A stretch of 64,000 nucleotides of DNA from Spirochaetia bacterium (GTDB lineage: Bacteria; Spirochaetota; Spirochaetia; SZUA-6; Bin103). The first letter of the stretch is position 1, and every line of letters begins with the position of its first letter. Shown here in pieces: positions 48,176 through 57,442 of the stretch. The stretch spans positions 864,001 through 928,000 of the forward strand of contig CBDBOV010000005.1 of assembly GCA_965208575.1 (NCBI GenBank), read 5' to 3'. The position numbers and the translations under genes are program-made. Below the pieces are notes generated by a model, which saw only the letters and a program-made list of their open reading frames with translations, had not been told where the DNA came from and ran no database searches.

Positions 48176-49147
48176 TCAGAGTGCAGGCCACACTGTTGCT
48201 TGCAAGTCTGCCAACGATGCTGCCGGACGGGTGGCACCGGTGTTGTCGAACAGCTCGGCGATGGCGTCGGTGCCGAAGTCGTGCAGCAGCGTCCAGGCGG
48301 CGATGCGCCGACCCAGCCGGCCATCTTCCAGGAGGGCGGGGTCGTAGGCCTGCAGGATGGCACGCATCATGCCGGCGTCGCGTTTGCACAGGCCGAGCCA
48401 CAGCGGCATCCACTCGTAGTCGGGCACGCCGATGCGGGCGTCGCCGAAGTCGATCAGCCCCGATACGGTCCACTTCCCGCCGCGCTCGTCGAGCAGCAGG
48501 TGCTCCGCGTTCAGGTCGCCGTGGACGACGACGCGGGGAGCGGTTCGCGCCGCGGCCATCGCGTCGTCCAGCAACGTCTCCAACTCGGGCACGACAGCCG
48601 GCGCGATCAAATCCCGGTCGACCAGCTCGGGCAGGGCCCGCCGCCGCCGGCGGTTCACCAGGGCGTCCCAGGACTCGCCCTTGTCGACGGCGGCCAGCGA
48701 CGCGGTGTCGACGGCGTGCAGCCGCTTGACGATGCGCCCGGTCTCGGAGGCCATATCCAGCAGGGCCTGCCGGGCCAGCTCCGGCTGCAGCGCGTCGAGC
48801 GGACGTCCGGCGCAGAACTGCATCGCGAGATAGCTCCAATCGGTCCGGTCGCGAAACACGCCCGCCGCCCGGATCGCCGGCACCGGCACTTCCGCGTCGC
48901 GCGCCAGCAACTCCATCAGCCCGCGCTCGAACGGGAACTCGGTCCAGAACGGGCTGTAGATCTTGATGGCGACGCTCCGGTCGAGGATGAACACCGCGTT
49001 GGTGTTCGACTCCGGAGTTTCGATCCGGCCGTAGGCGATCCCCTCTCGCGCGCAGATTGCATCGACCACCGGACGCCACAGGCGCACGTCGTTGAACGTG
49101 GCCGACCATCGCTCCCAGGTGTCGATCGGCGGCAGCAGGTAGGACAC
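48176..49147 (-). CDS. APH/choline-kinase-like phosphotransferase
   Basis: TNAVF..AIKIY, HGDLNAEH, GLIDFGDA. Confidence 0.85.
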   Translation of the reverse strand: MSYLLPPIDTWERWSATFNDVRLWRPVVDAICAREGIAYGRIETPESNTNAVFILDRSVAIKIYSPFWTEFPFERGLMELLARDAEVPVPAIRAAGVFRDRTDWSYLAMQFCAGRPLDALQPELARQALLDMASETGRIVKRLHAVDTASLAAVDKGESWDALVNRRRRRALPELVDRDLIAPAVVPELETLLDDAMAAARTAPRVVVHGDLNAEHLLLDERGGKWTVSGLIDFGDARIGVPDYEWMPLWLGLCKRDAGMMRAILQAYDPALLEDGRLGRRIAAWTLLHDFGTDAIAELFDNTGATRPAASLADLQATVWPAL

Positions 49148-49155
49148 AAGCGTGC

Positions 49156-50178
49156 CTACGAGGGCCCGGTCGTTGGGGCGTCGGCGTCGCTGCGCCAGCG
49201 GCCGGGGTTGCCGGGCCAGTGCCAGCGCATCAGGTCATCGCTCCAGGCGAGGGCGACGCTGGCCTCCCCATGGTGGGCGCGCTCGCGGCGTCCGCGGCGG
49301 GTGGCGCCGTGGAACGTCAGCAGGTACGTGCCGACGGCCGGATCGTGGCGCAGGTCCAGGAGGTGGCCGGCGGTGATGCGGCCCTGCGCCCATGGCCACT
49401 GGCGCTGGCCGAGTGTATACAGGCAGTTGTCGTACCAGTGCACCAGGTCGGTGGAGCGCGCGATGCCGATGCCGTTGGCCGGGGAGTGGACCAGCATGTA
49501 CTCGTCCTCGGCGCGGTCGACCAGCACGCAGTAGTTCTCTTCGCCGTCGGTCTGCGCGTACGGGGTCCAGTGCTCCAGGTCGCGGCTGAAGGCGAGCTGC
49601 ATGCTCTGCAGCAACAAGTTGTCGGGCGGGATGGGGGTGCCGCCGAAGCCCAGGCCGTGGGCGCGGCCGAGCAGCACGCCGCCGTGCTTGTAGCAACACC
49701 ACCACAGAGCCGGGTCGTCCTTGTCGCGGAACAGGTGGGGATCGAGGGCGCGCCCGGTGTCGCGCACCGGCACCGCCGGGCCCTTCAATTGCAGGGCGCG
49801 CGGCTCCTGCCAGTGGTGCAGGTCGGCGCTGGCCATGGTCCAGCAGCGTGCGTCGTGAGTGTTCGGCCGCGGATAGCTGCTCAGGCACATCAGCCAGCGG
49901 CCGCGGTGGCGAACGATGCCTCCCGGCCCGCAGAAGCATCGCGGATCGCCTGGATCGGTGACCGGGCGCGGCGGCGTCCAGGAGCACAGGTCGCGGCTCT
50001 CGGCCACGCCGACGTGGAAGCGGTCGTTGCCGTCCGGCTGCGCCTCCACCACCGAGCAGAACAGCCGGAAGATGCCCTCGTGGTAGTGCAGCAGCGGATC
50101 GCGGTAGGCGGCGTGCGGGCCGCCGGCCAGGATGACCGGGCTCGGGATCGCCTCCAGGTCCACGCGCCGGGCACTCAT
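49156..50178 (-). CDS. Five-bladed beta-propeller glycosidase-like protein (paralog 2)
   Basis: YRDP, repeated SxDLxxW boxes, LDPHLF, GEEN; start overlaps the upstream stop. Confidence 0.65.
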   Translation of the reverse strand: MSARRVDLEAIPSPVILAGGPHAAYRDPLLHYHEGIFRLFCSVVEAQPDGNDRFHVGVAESRDLCSWTPPRPVTDPGDPRCFCGPGGIVRHRGRWLMCLSSYPRPNTHDARCWTMASADLHHWQEPRALQLKGPAVPVRDTGRALDPHLFRDKDDPALWWCCYKHGGVLLGRAHGLGFGGTPIPPDNLLLQSMQLAFSRDLEHWTPYAQTDGEENYCVLVDRAEDEYMLVHSPANGIGIARSTDLVHWYDNCLYTLGQRQWPWAQGRITAGHLLDLRHDPAVGTYLLTFHGATRRGRRERAHHGEASVALAWSDDLMRWHWPGNPGRWRSDADAPTTGPS

Positions 50179-51164
50179 TCCGGCCAGTACCAGTTGGCCA
50201 GGTCGTCGCTCCACGCCAGGCCGAGGCTGGCGGCGCCGTGCACGTTGCTCGCGACCTTGCCCGCCGGCGTGCAGCCGTGGAACACCATCACGTACTTGCC
50301 CACCTCCGGCACGTGGCGCAGGTCGATCACCTGCGCGCCGCTGAGCCGTCCCTGCGCCCACGGCCAGCGCCGCTGCCCCAGCGTGTAGAGGCCGGCCTGG
50401 TGCCAGTGCAGCAGGTCCGGCGACCGCTTCACGCCGACGCCGTTGTCGGGCGAGTCGATCAGCACGTAGCCGTCGTCCTCGGTCAGTACGCAGTAACTCT
50501 CCTCGCTGTCGAGGCGCGTGAACCAGGTCCAGTGCTCCAGGTCGTAGCTCCACGACAGGTTCAGGCTCTGCAGCAGCAGCGAGCGGCGCGGCATGTCGGT
50601 GCCGCCGAACGCCAACCCGCGCGCCGGGGAGACCACGAAGCCGCCCTGCTTGAACGTGCACCACCACTTGTCCGGGTCGTGCCGGTCCGGGAACAGGCAG
50701 GGACAGATGCAGCGCCCGATCTGCGCGTCCGGCACCTCCGGCCCCTTGAGCAGCATCAACTCCGGCTCGCTCCAGCGCTCCAGGTCGGTGCTGCGCATCA
50801 GCCAGCAGCGCGTCGTCTCCTGGCCGCCCGCCGGGCTGAACGGCGTGCGGTAGTTCTCGACCGTCATGATCCACTGGCCGCGAATGCGCACGATGTTGCC
50901 CGGATCGGTGAAGTTGAGGTCATCGTCAAGCGCGGTGAGGGTACGCGGCTCGCTCCAGTGAATAAGGTCGCTGCTCCGGATCACCGCAAGTTGAAACACC
51001 GCCCGCCCCAGCTCCGGCGGATCCATCAGCCGCACCAGCCCGTAGAACACGCGAAACACCCCGTCGTGGTAATGAATCGCCGGATCCCGATGCGCCACCT
51101 CCGCCGTCCCCCGCACAATCACCGGATTCGGAATCCTGTCCCACTCAATCCGCGCCTGCGCCAC
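50175..51164 (-). CDS. Five-bladed beta-propeller glycosidase-like protein (paralog 1)
   Basis: HRDP, five SxDLxxW boxes; collinear with paralog 2. Confidence 0.65.
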   Translation of the reverse strand: MAQARIEWDRIPNPVIVRGTAEVAHRDPAIHYHDGVFRVFYGLVRLMDPPELGRAVFQLAVIRSSDLIHWSEPRTLTALDDDLNFTDPGNIVRIRGQWIMTVENYRTPFSPAGGQETTRCWLMRSTDLERWSEPELMLLKGPEVPDAQIGRCICPCLFPDRHDPDKWWCTFKQGGFVVSPARGLAFGGTDMPRRSLLLQSLNLSWSYDLEHWTWFTRLDSEESYCVLTEDDGYVLIDSPDNGVGVKRSPDLLHWHQAGLYTLGQRRWPWAQGRLSGAQVIDLRHVPEVGKYVMVFHGCTPAGKVASNVHGAASLGLAWSDDLANWYWPE

Positions 51165-51165
51165 G

Positions 51166-51385
51166 TCAGTTCCCTGCGTCGATCATCCGCCGCAACCGCG
51201 GATGCAACGTACTGACCAACCGATCCAGCCGCTCCCGCATCCACTCCACCGCCGCCCGGAACTCGCCGCTTTGGGGGTCATCTGGCAGCGGGAGTACTGT
51301 CTCGCGCCAGAATCCGATTCGTGGACTTCCTGCCGAACTGGTCCGGCTCTCCACATCATCGCCCAACTCATCACGCAGTTGAGTG
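51166..51385 (-). pseudogene. C-terminal fragment of an unrelated protein (DUF4268-like, tentative)
   Basis: LRDELGDDV..FRAAVEWMRERLDRLVSTLHPRL* with no start; abuts the HNH-family remnant. Confidence 0.4.
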
Positions 51386-52410
51386 CGCCGCCGGAGTGGC
51401 CGTCCGAGGGACCAACGTAGAATTTCGGTGCTGGCGGCGCGTGCCGATCTCGTTCTTCGGCGCCGCAGCAGCGGCCGTCGCGCTCTGCGCGGTGACTTTG
51501 ACGGGGCGCTCGCCAGTCGTCGAACCGTAACTTGACTCCGGCGCCGGAGTGTCGGTCGCGGCCGCTGGGGCATCGCCGGCGAGGCTGGCAGACGGCGGGC
51601 GTAGGGCCGGCGGCCGACCCGATGCACCGGCGGCGGAAGTCGCAGGTTCGGGGCGCGCGGGGTTGACCCCGGTACACTTCGGCGCCGGAGTCGGGCCGTC
51701 TACGCCGGAGTCTGCAGTTCGTCCGGGTGTATGCACCTCTTCCTGCTTTCTCCTCGGTGTCTCGTTTGCGGAATCCACGCGCCGGCGTCGACCGCGCCCG
51801 CCGCAGCGCGGGTCGTGGCGCTCGACCGCCTCGCGTACCAGGCGTGCCACCAGGTCGCCCCACGACATGCGCGGGTCGAGGTGCGACAGCAGACCCTTCA
51901 ACTGCCGCAGCCCGCGTTCGCACTCCTCGTCGATGCTCACCTTCAGCGTGTACCGGCCGTTGCCAACCGTGCGCAAGGTGTCCCGCGGCTGCGCCGTGCC
52001 GGGGCCTGCGGCGGCGGCGATCAGGCCGGCGACCTGGCGAGTGCTCAGGCCGGCCGCCTGCCTGATCAGCTCTCGCTGGCGCCGCGGATCAAGCAGCGGC
52101 GCCGCCGCTACGCAGTCGACCGCGCCCGGCCCACCCTTGGCGACCACGTCGCTCGCCGACACCCCGCGCGACGTGGAATCGGCGGGAGCCGACACCGAGG
52201 GCAGCACGGTAACTCGATCGTGGCCGCTGCCGACAGAGGGGTCCGTCGGCGGGTACGTGGTCACGCCCCGCTGCGCCGGTCGATCTCCGCCAGATGGTCC
52301 AGGATGTGCACTTCGAGGGTGCGCTTGTTGGCCACCAGGCGCCGGGTCTGGTCAAGGAGCTGCTGGTCGGCAAGCAGTCCGAACGGCCGCTTTGCAGTTG
52401 CGTTCATCAT
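51371..52410 (-). pseudogene. DUF222/HNH-endonuclease-type gene remnant lacking the HNH domain
   Basis: LADQQLLDQTRRLVANKRTLEVHILDHLAEIDRR (52410-52261), then after a frameshift STRQVAGLIA..LKGLLSHLDPRMSWGDLV..VERHDP and TPAP repeats; TGtTATAAT promoter. Confidence 0.65.
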
Positions 52411-52690
52411 ACCTAATTATAACATGGATTTAGAGATAGCAGCTTCGATCAAGCGCTCGACCAAGTTCCGCCTTGGCCCACAGGGGGCGCTGCGGGCGTT
52501 CAAACGCCCGCTTGGACGGAACCGGACGCTCACGACCAAACGGCGCTGCCGAGGCGCACCAGGGCCGTTCGGCGACCGACAAATACCGTGTCAACCCCCG
52601 GTGCGCAATTTCTTCGAATTTCGAGGTGGCGCTACGCCTGAGCACGACGCAGGTCGAATGGCGTGGCGGCCTTGGTTGCCGCCGGCGGGG

Positions 52691-53149
52691 TCAGAGGTTG
52701 TCGTCGATCAGTTCGGGGTGCCGGCGCATCCACTGCGCAAACGCTGTGCGGATTCGGTCTACGTCATTCAGTTCATTGGCGCAGATGCCGAACAGCTCGG
52801 CGGCGGTCACCTCGTGGTAGAAGTGGACCATGCGGTTGCGATAGCCGGCAAGCTTCACCAGGAGGTCGGCCGTCTCCGTGTCGAATACGCCGTGCTCGCC
52901 GAGGCTGCGGCCCACCGCCTTGTACTCGGCGACCCCGGCGCCGGCCAGTTTGGCAACCAGGTGACGCCCGACGTCGAGCAACGCCTCCAGCGAGCGGCGC
53001 AGGCACGACTCGGCGGTCCACACGTTGCGGGAGTCGGACCCGAAGGACGCGAGGCTGTCGAGCGGCAGCCGGCGAATCTCGGCGAGGGATGCCTCTACCC
53101 GTCCGAGGCGGTCCAGGACCAGTCTGCGGGTGACTTTCTCAGGACTCGT
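52691..53149 (-). CDS. hepT: HepT/DUF86 HEPN RNase toxin (ACG where ATG is expected)
   Basis: RNRMVHFY (Rx4HxY); frame open from ACG at 53149 after GGAGG. Confidence 0.8.
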   Translation of the reverse strand, partial: TSPEKVTRRLVLDRLGRVEASLAEIRRLPLDSLASFGSDSRNVWTAESCLRRSLEALLDVGRHLVAKLAGAGVAEYKAVGRSLGEHGVFDTETADLLVKLAGYRNRMVHFYHEVTAAELFGICANELNDVDRIRTAFAQWMRRHPELIDDNL

Positions 53150-53585
53150 GGTCGCCTCCAGCCAGAATGGTCGACTCGATCTGGGCTAGGCGCTCTCGCT
53201 CGAAGGGCGCGAGATCGCCGGCCCGCCGCAGTACGTACAGATCGAGCTCGTCCGCGTACAAACGGTCCGCGCAGTACAGGCGTTCCCCGCGGACGATGTT
53301 GGCGGCGACGAACGGGTCCACCTCCGCCATGTCCGCCAGGTCGATCGCCTCGAATTCGAACAGGTCGGAGAGCGCGGATGCGATGGCGACCTTCTCGGCG
53401 AGCGAAAAGCGCCGGCCGATGCCGCCGGAGACCGCAACATCGAAGTCGCTCGTCCCCGCAGCCAGCGCGCCGCCCCGATGCAACCAGCGCAGCGCCTGAA
53501 GCGCCCGGCTGCCGTAGGCGTAAAGCACTGCGACCCCATGCCTTGCGCAGAGTTGTTCGAGTCGCTGAAGACGGTCGTACGCCAC
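53139..53585 (-). CDS. mntA: Minimal nucleotidyltransferase (MNT) antitoxin
   Basis: LYAYGSRA..SDFDVAV..IDLADM. Confidence 0.85.
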   Translation of the reverse strand: MAYDRLQRLEQLCARHGVAVLYAYGSRALQALRWLHRGGALAAGTSDFDVAVSGGIGRRFSLAEKVAIASALSDLFEFEAIDLADMAEVDPFVAANIVRGERLYCADRLYADELDLYVLRRAGDLAPFERERLAQIESTILAGGDHES

Positions 53586-53636
53586 GCCTCCACTTTAGCC
53601 GGCACGGGTCGGCGTGCAAATGCGCGCGTGGCCGCG

Positions 53637-53658
53637 CGGTACGGTACGGTACGGTACG
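53637..53658. repeat. Microsatellite (CGGTA)x4
   Basis: cggtacggtacggtacggtacg. Confidence 0.9.
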
Positions 53659-53776
53659 CATGAAGGCGGATCCGCTCGACAAGGAGCACGCGGACCAGGC
53701 GAGCGTGGCGAATGGTCACGGGAAGCGGGCAGGCGGGTCAGCCGCGACCTCGCTTCGCACTTCACGGGTGACGAAC

Positions 53777-54529
53777 TCAACATGTCGCGTTCATGTCGAC
53801 GTAGGACTCTCCGCGGAGCAGTGGCACCGAGTGGCTGCAGTCCAGCCGGCTTGCCAGTTTCACGTCGTCGCGAAAGCCGCGCCGAATCAGTTCCTGACCG
53901 GAGGCGCTCGCCTCGATGACATCGCCGAGATCGTTGCGGCTGGCAGCAAACGCCGCCTCGGCGGCGCGCGCCTCAGGGGACTTGCTGCCGGCGAGGCGGC
54001 TGATGATCGCGCCGGCGCCGATCAGATCCTCGACGGCGGGTCTCAGGCTGCCGTCCGGCCAGCGCTCGCCGCACGCAATCACGGCCACCGTGCGCCCGAG
54101 ACCGGCGGCGTGAGCGGCTACCGCTCTGCTGTTGCGCAGGCAGCCGGCCAAGGTCGGCGTCGCGCCGGTGGCGAGCGACAGCGCGGAGCCGTTGGGGGAG
54201 GGCAGCACGAGGCGGGTGCCGGCGGGAATGTCGAGCAGGCTGGCGGGCGACAGCGACCAGGCTCCGCGGGCAGCACCGCGGTGCCCGGCGAGCAGCGCAC
54301 TCCGGGCGCGGGTGAACTCGCCCGCGGTATCGTCCCGGAAACGGTAGGGGAATATGAGCGCGCCGTTGGCCGTGGCGATGTCGACGCAGGTAGTGAACGA
54401 TAGCACGTCCACGATCACCACGACGTCGCTGGCCGGCGCCAGGAGCTCGACCCCGTGCAAACCCCACTCGCAGCGGATGTCGTTGTCCCTCTGTTCCAGG
54501 TGAGCGGTGCTGAGCTTGGCGCGCTTCAC
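53777..54529 (-). CDS. comB: 2-phosphosulfolactate phosphatase family protein
   Basis: VIVDVLSFTT, SLSP, SPNGS, CLRN, RPAVEDLIGAGA; start uncertain. Confidence 0.8.
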   Translation of the reverse strand: MKRAKLSTAHLEQRDNDIRCEWGLHGVELLAPASDVVVIVDVLSFTTCVDIATANGALIFPYRFRDDTAGEFTRARSALLAGHRGAARGAWSLSPASLLDIPAGTRLVLPSPNGSALSLATGATPTLAGCLRNSRAVAAHAAGLGRTVAVIACGERWPDGSLRPAVEDLIGAGAIISRLAGSKSPEARAAEAAFAASRNDLGDVIEASASGQELIRRGFRDDVKLASRLDCSHSVPLLRGESYVDMNATC

Positions 54530-54537
54530 AGTGAGCG

Positions 54538-55965
54538 TCAGGCCGCGCCGGGGAGCGAAATGCGCACGGTCGTCCCCTGTCCCAGCCCAGGGCTCGTCAC
54601 GACGATCGTTCCGGCGTGGGCGGCAACGATGGCGCGAGCGATCGCCAGTCCCAGGCCGGAGCCGCCGGTGTCGCGGCTGCGCGATGCATCGGCCCGGTAG
54701 AGGCGGTCGAACAGGTGCGGCAGATCGGCCGCGTCGACTCCCTCGCCATCGTCCGAAACGGTTATCGCCACCCGTTCGTCCGGCTCCACCGCCACCGTCA
54801 CCTCGACCAGGCCGCCCGCGTCGGTGTGCTGCAGCGCGTTGTGTACCACGTTGCCGAGCGCCTGGCTCATGCGCATGCGGTCGAGATCGAGCGCCGGCAA
54901 CGCGCCTGCCTGTCGGTGCGACAGCACGATTCCGCGCATGCGCGCCCGCGGCTGCCATCGCTGTAACTCGGCGTCCACCAACTCGGACACCGCACACGGT
55001 TCCCGTTCGAGCCGCAGTCCGCCGGAGTCGGTTTCCGCCAGCCAGCTCAGATCGCTCACCAGGTTGCGCAGCATGGTTACTTCCCGGACGATCCGGTCCG
55101 CCCCCTGGGCCGGTTCCTGCAATCCGTCGCGCAGTCCCCTCGCCTCCAGTTGGATGACGCTGAGCGGGGTGTTCAACTCGTGGGACACATCGTCGACCAG
55201 CCGGCGGCGCAGGTTGCGCTGGGTCTCCAGCGCGGCCGTCATGCGGTTGAAGGCCGTGCTCATCTGGCCCAGTTCGTCGCCCGAGGTAACCGGCAGGAGT
55301 GAGCTGGCACCCTGCCGCGCCACGTTCCTGGCGGCCTCGGTGAGACGCGTCACCGGTGCCGTAATGCGGCGCGAGAGCCACGCCGCCATGGCCAGTGCCA
55401 CGCCGGCGATCAGCACTGCGCCGAGCGCGGTGGTGGTCAGCACGCGGCGCAGGAGGCCGTGCGACTCGGTCGCCAGAAACGCGCCATCCACGTCCACGTA
55501 GACAGCACCGACCGGCCCGCCCTCTGCCCCGTCCGTCACGGTTGCCCGCTCCCCTCCCAGGTCCGGAGCCGGCGTCCCCGGCGCCAGCCGCGACAGGTTG
55601 TCGTGGATCACCACACCGGCGCCGTCGACGACCACGACTCTGACGCGTTCGACGTGGAAGGTCTCGGAACCGCGCTCTTCGTGGTCGCCGCGGCGGTCGT
55701 GCCCGCCCGTCTCGCCGCCCTTCCGGAAGCCCGCGTCGGCGAGCACCCGCTCGACCCCCGCCCAGCCGCCGGAGGTGCGGTATGCGCGGCTCAGGTTGCG
55801 CGCGACGTTGCCCGCTTCGACCGCGGTGAGCTGTTTCACGAACCCGTCCACCTGACTGCTGGTGGCGTAGTACCCGACACCCACGCCGAGCGCCACGGCA
55901 AGGAGCACTATCACGACGAACGCCTGTACGATGCGCCCGTGCAAGGATGCCGCGCGCGCGTTCAC
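54538..55965 (-). CDS. HAMP sensor histidine kinase (BaeS-like)
   Basis: 2 TMs, DELGQM..FNRM, SHELNTPL, NVVHNAL, DDGEG, GSGLGL. Confidence 0.93.
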   Translation of the reverse strand: MNARAASLHGRIVQAFVVIVLLAVALGVGVGYYATSSQVDGFVKQLTAVEAGNVARNLSRAYRTSGGWAGVERVLADAGFRKGGETGGHDRRGDHEERGSETFHVERVRVVVVDGAGVVIHDNLSRLAPGTPAPDLGGERATVTDGAEGGPVGAVYVDVDGAFLATESHGLLRRVLTTTALGAVLIAGVALAMAAWLSRRITAPVTRLTEAARNVARQGASSLLPVTSGDELGQMSTAFNRMTAALETQRNLRRRLVDDVSHELNTPLSVIQLEARGLRDGLQEPAQGADRIVREVTMLRNLVSDLSWLAETDSGGLRLEREPCAVSELVDAELQRWQPRARMRGIVLSHRQAGALPALDLDRMRMSQALGNVVHNALQHTDAGGLVEVTVAVEPDERVAITVSDDGEGVDAADLPHLFDRLYRADASRSRDTGGSGLGLAIARAIVAAHAGTIVVTSPGLGQGTTVRISLPGAA

Positions 55966-56642
55966 GATTGCTCCGGAACGAAGCGGTAGCCGGCGCCGTA
56001 CACCGTCTGAATCGGCTGCTTGCCCCCAACTCCGATCTGTTTGCGAAGCCGAAGCACGTGGTTGTCGATCGCGCGGTCATAGCCGCCGAAGTCGTCGTCG
56101 AATGCCAGGGTGATGAGCTGGTCGCGGGTCAGTACCTGACCGGGATGGCGCATGAACGCGCCGAGCAACGCGAACTGTGCGCGGCTCAGTGTGACGGGCC
56201 GCCCGCCGACCGATGCCGCCCGGGTCGCCTCGTCCATCGTGATGGCGCCGCACGTCAGGACGCGCTGCACCTTGTCCTCGACACGGCGCAGCACCGCCTT
56301 GGCGCGCGCCACCACCTCATCCGGGTCGAACGGCTTGACGATGTAGTCGTCGGCGCCGCTGTCGAGCCCGTCGATGCGGTCGCCGTGGGCTTCGCGCGCC
56401 GTGAGCATGATGATCGGCACGGCCGACTCACGGCGCAGGATGCGGCACACCTGCATGCCGTCGAGGCGCGGCAGCATCAGGTCGAGCACGATCAGCCGGG
56501 GGCGGCCGGCGCGGGCGAGCGCCAGCCCGGAGCGTCCGTCGCCCGCCACCTCGGCCTCGAAGCCCGCCCGCTCGAAGTGGATCTTCAGCCAGTGGGCGAT
56601 GCGCGGTTCGTCCTCGACGATCAGAATCGTGCCGCCTGTCAT
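55962..56642 (-). CDS. OmpR-family response regulator
   Basis: VEDE, LDLMLP, MLTAR, GADDYIVKPF, IQTVYGAGY. Confidence 0.95.
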   Translation of the reverse strand: MTGGTILIVEDEPRIAHWLKIHFERAGFEAEVAGDGRSGLALARAGRPRLIVLDLMLPRLDGMQVCRILRRESAVPIIMLTAREAHGDRIDGLDSGADDYIVKPFDPDEVVARAKAVLRRVEDKVQRVLTCGAITMDEATRAASVGGRPVTLSRAQFALLGAFMRHPGQVLTRDQLITLAFDDDFGGYDRAIDNHVLRLRKQIGVGGKQPIQTVYGAGYRFVPEQS

Positions 56643-56715
56643 TGCGCCTCCCGAAACATAGGGCTCGGGTCTGTCGCCGGCCAGTTGCCCGGCGGATGCG
56701 GTGGCAGGCAGATCA

Positions 56716-56745
56716 CGGCGCCGCGCCGCTCTCGGTGCGGCGCCG
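56716..56745. terminator. 13-bp stem-loop between the lipoprotein and response regulator genes
   Basis: CGGCGCCGCGCCG-CTCT-CGGTGCGGCGCCG. Confidence 0.55.
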
Positions 56746-56762
56746 GGTTCCGCCACGGGCTG

Positions 56763-57293
56763 CTAACCTCCGCCGTGTTCGCCGCTTCTCTCGCCGCGCT
56801 CACCATGTTCGCCGCCGCTCTCGCCGCCACCGCCGTGTTCGCCCCCGGTGCCGCCGCCGCCGACTTCGGCGTGCGCGATCCAGCCGTCGAACTGCTCGCC
56901 ATTCGCCGGCAGCGTCACTGCTATCGTCTGTCCCGCGGCGAGGTCGACCGGCGTCGTGGGGCCGAGCTCCGTGCCGGTCGACAGGTGCACCTCCACGCGG
57001 ACCCTCGGCAGGGTGCCGCCGGTGGTGTTCTGCACGGTCCCGACGAAGGTGTCCGCGTCGGCGTCGTAGCGCAGGATGAGCCGTGCGCCCCTGCGTACCT
57101 GATCGAATTCCTCGTCCAGCCCAAGGAAGGTACCCGATTCCTCTTCGCCGGATTCGCCGCCATGTTCGCGTTCACGACTCTCGCCCATACCGGTGCAGCC
57201 GGCGATCGCGGCCGCGGCCAGGAAGGCAGTCGGCAGCGTGAGCCTCGTGAACCTCGTGAACCTCAACTTGTGCATCAATGACCTGTTTGCCAT
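56763..57293 (-). CDS. Lipoprotein with Glu/His/Gly-rich tails flanking a beta-rich domain
   Basis: GAGGAGG RBS, IAGC lipobox, EHGG repeats; 9-bp repeats in the signal peptide. Confidence 0.75.
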   Translation of the reverse strand: MANRSLMHKLRFTRFTRLTLPTAFLAAAAIAGCTGMGESREREHGGESGEEESGTFLGLDEEFDQVRRGARLILRYDADADTFVGTVQNTTGGTLPRVRVEVHLSTGTELGPTTPVDLAAGQTIAVTLPANGEQFDGWIAHAEVGGGGTGGEHGGGGESGGEHGERGERSGEHGGG

Positions 57294-57442
57294 CGTTCTC
57301 CTCCTCGGGGAGTTCCCCGAATCAATTCCGAGCACATGCCGTCTCGTTGCAGAGAAGAATCGCGGCGAAATGTCGTACGAATATCCCGTCTGGGAAAAAT
57401 CTGCTGTGGTCCTTTTCAGCGGGGCTCACCTATACTGCCGGC

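Noticed and set aside
48176-49147. Aminoglycoside resistance gene
   Set aside because: The APH fold alone does not establish substrate, and the context is catabolic
49156-50874. 572-aa ORF
   Set aside because: The N-terminal part is off-frame over paralog 1; the real start is 50178 by alignment with the paralog
51731-54403. 890-aa plus-strand ORF
   Set aside because: Antisense to recognisable minus-strand genes, no motifs; typical high-GC shadow ORF
53777-56080. 767-aa ComB fusion protein
   Set aside because: The N-terminal 500 aa is an alternative frame of the histidine kinase; only the last 250 aa is ComB-like
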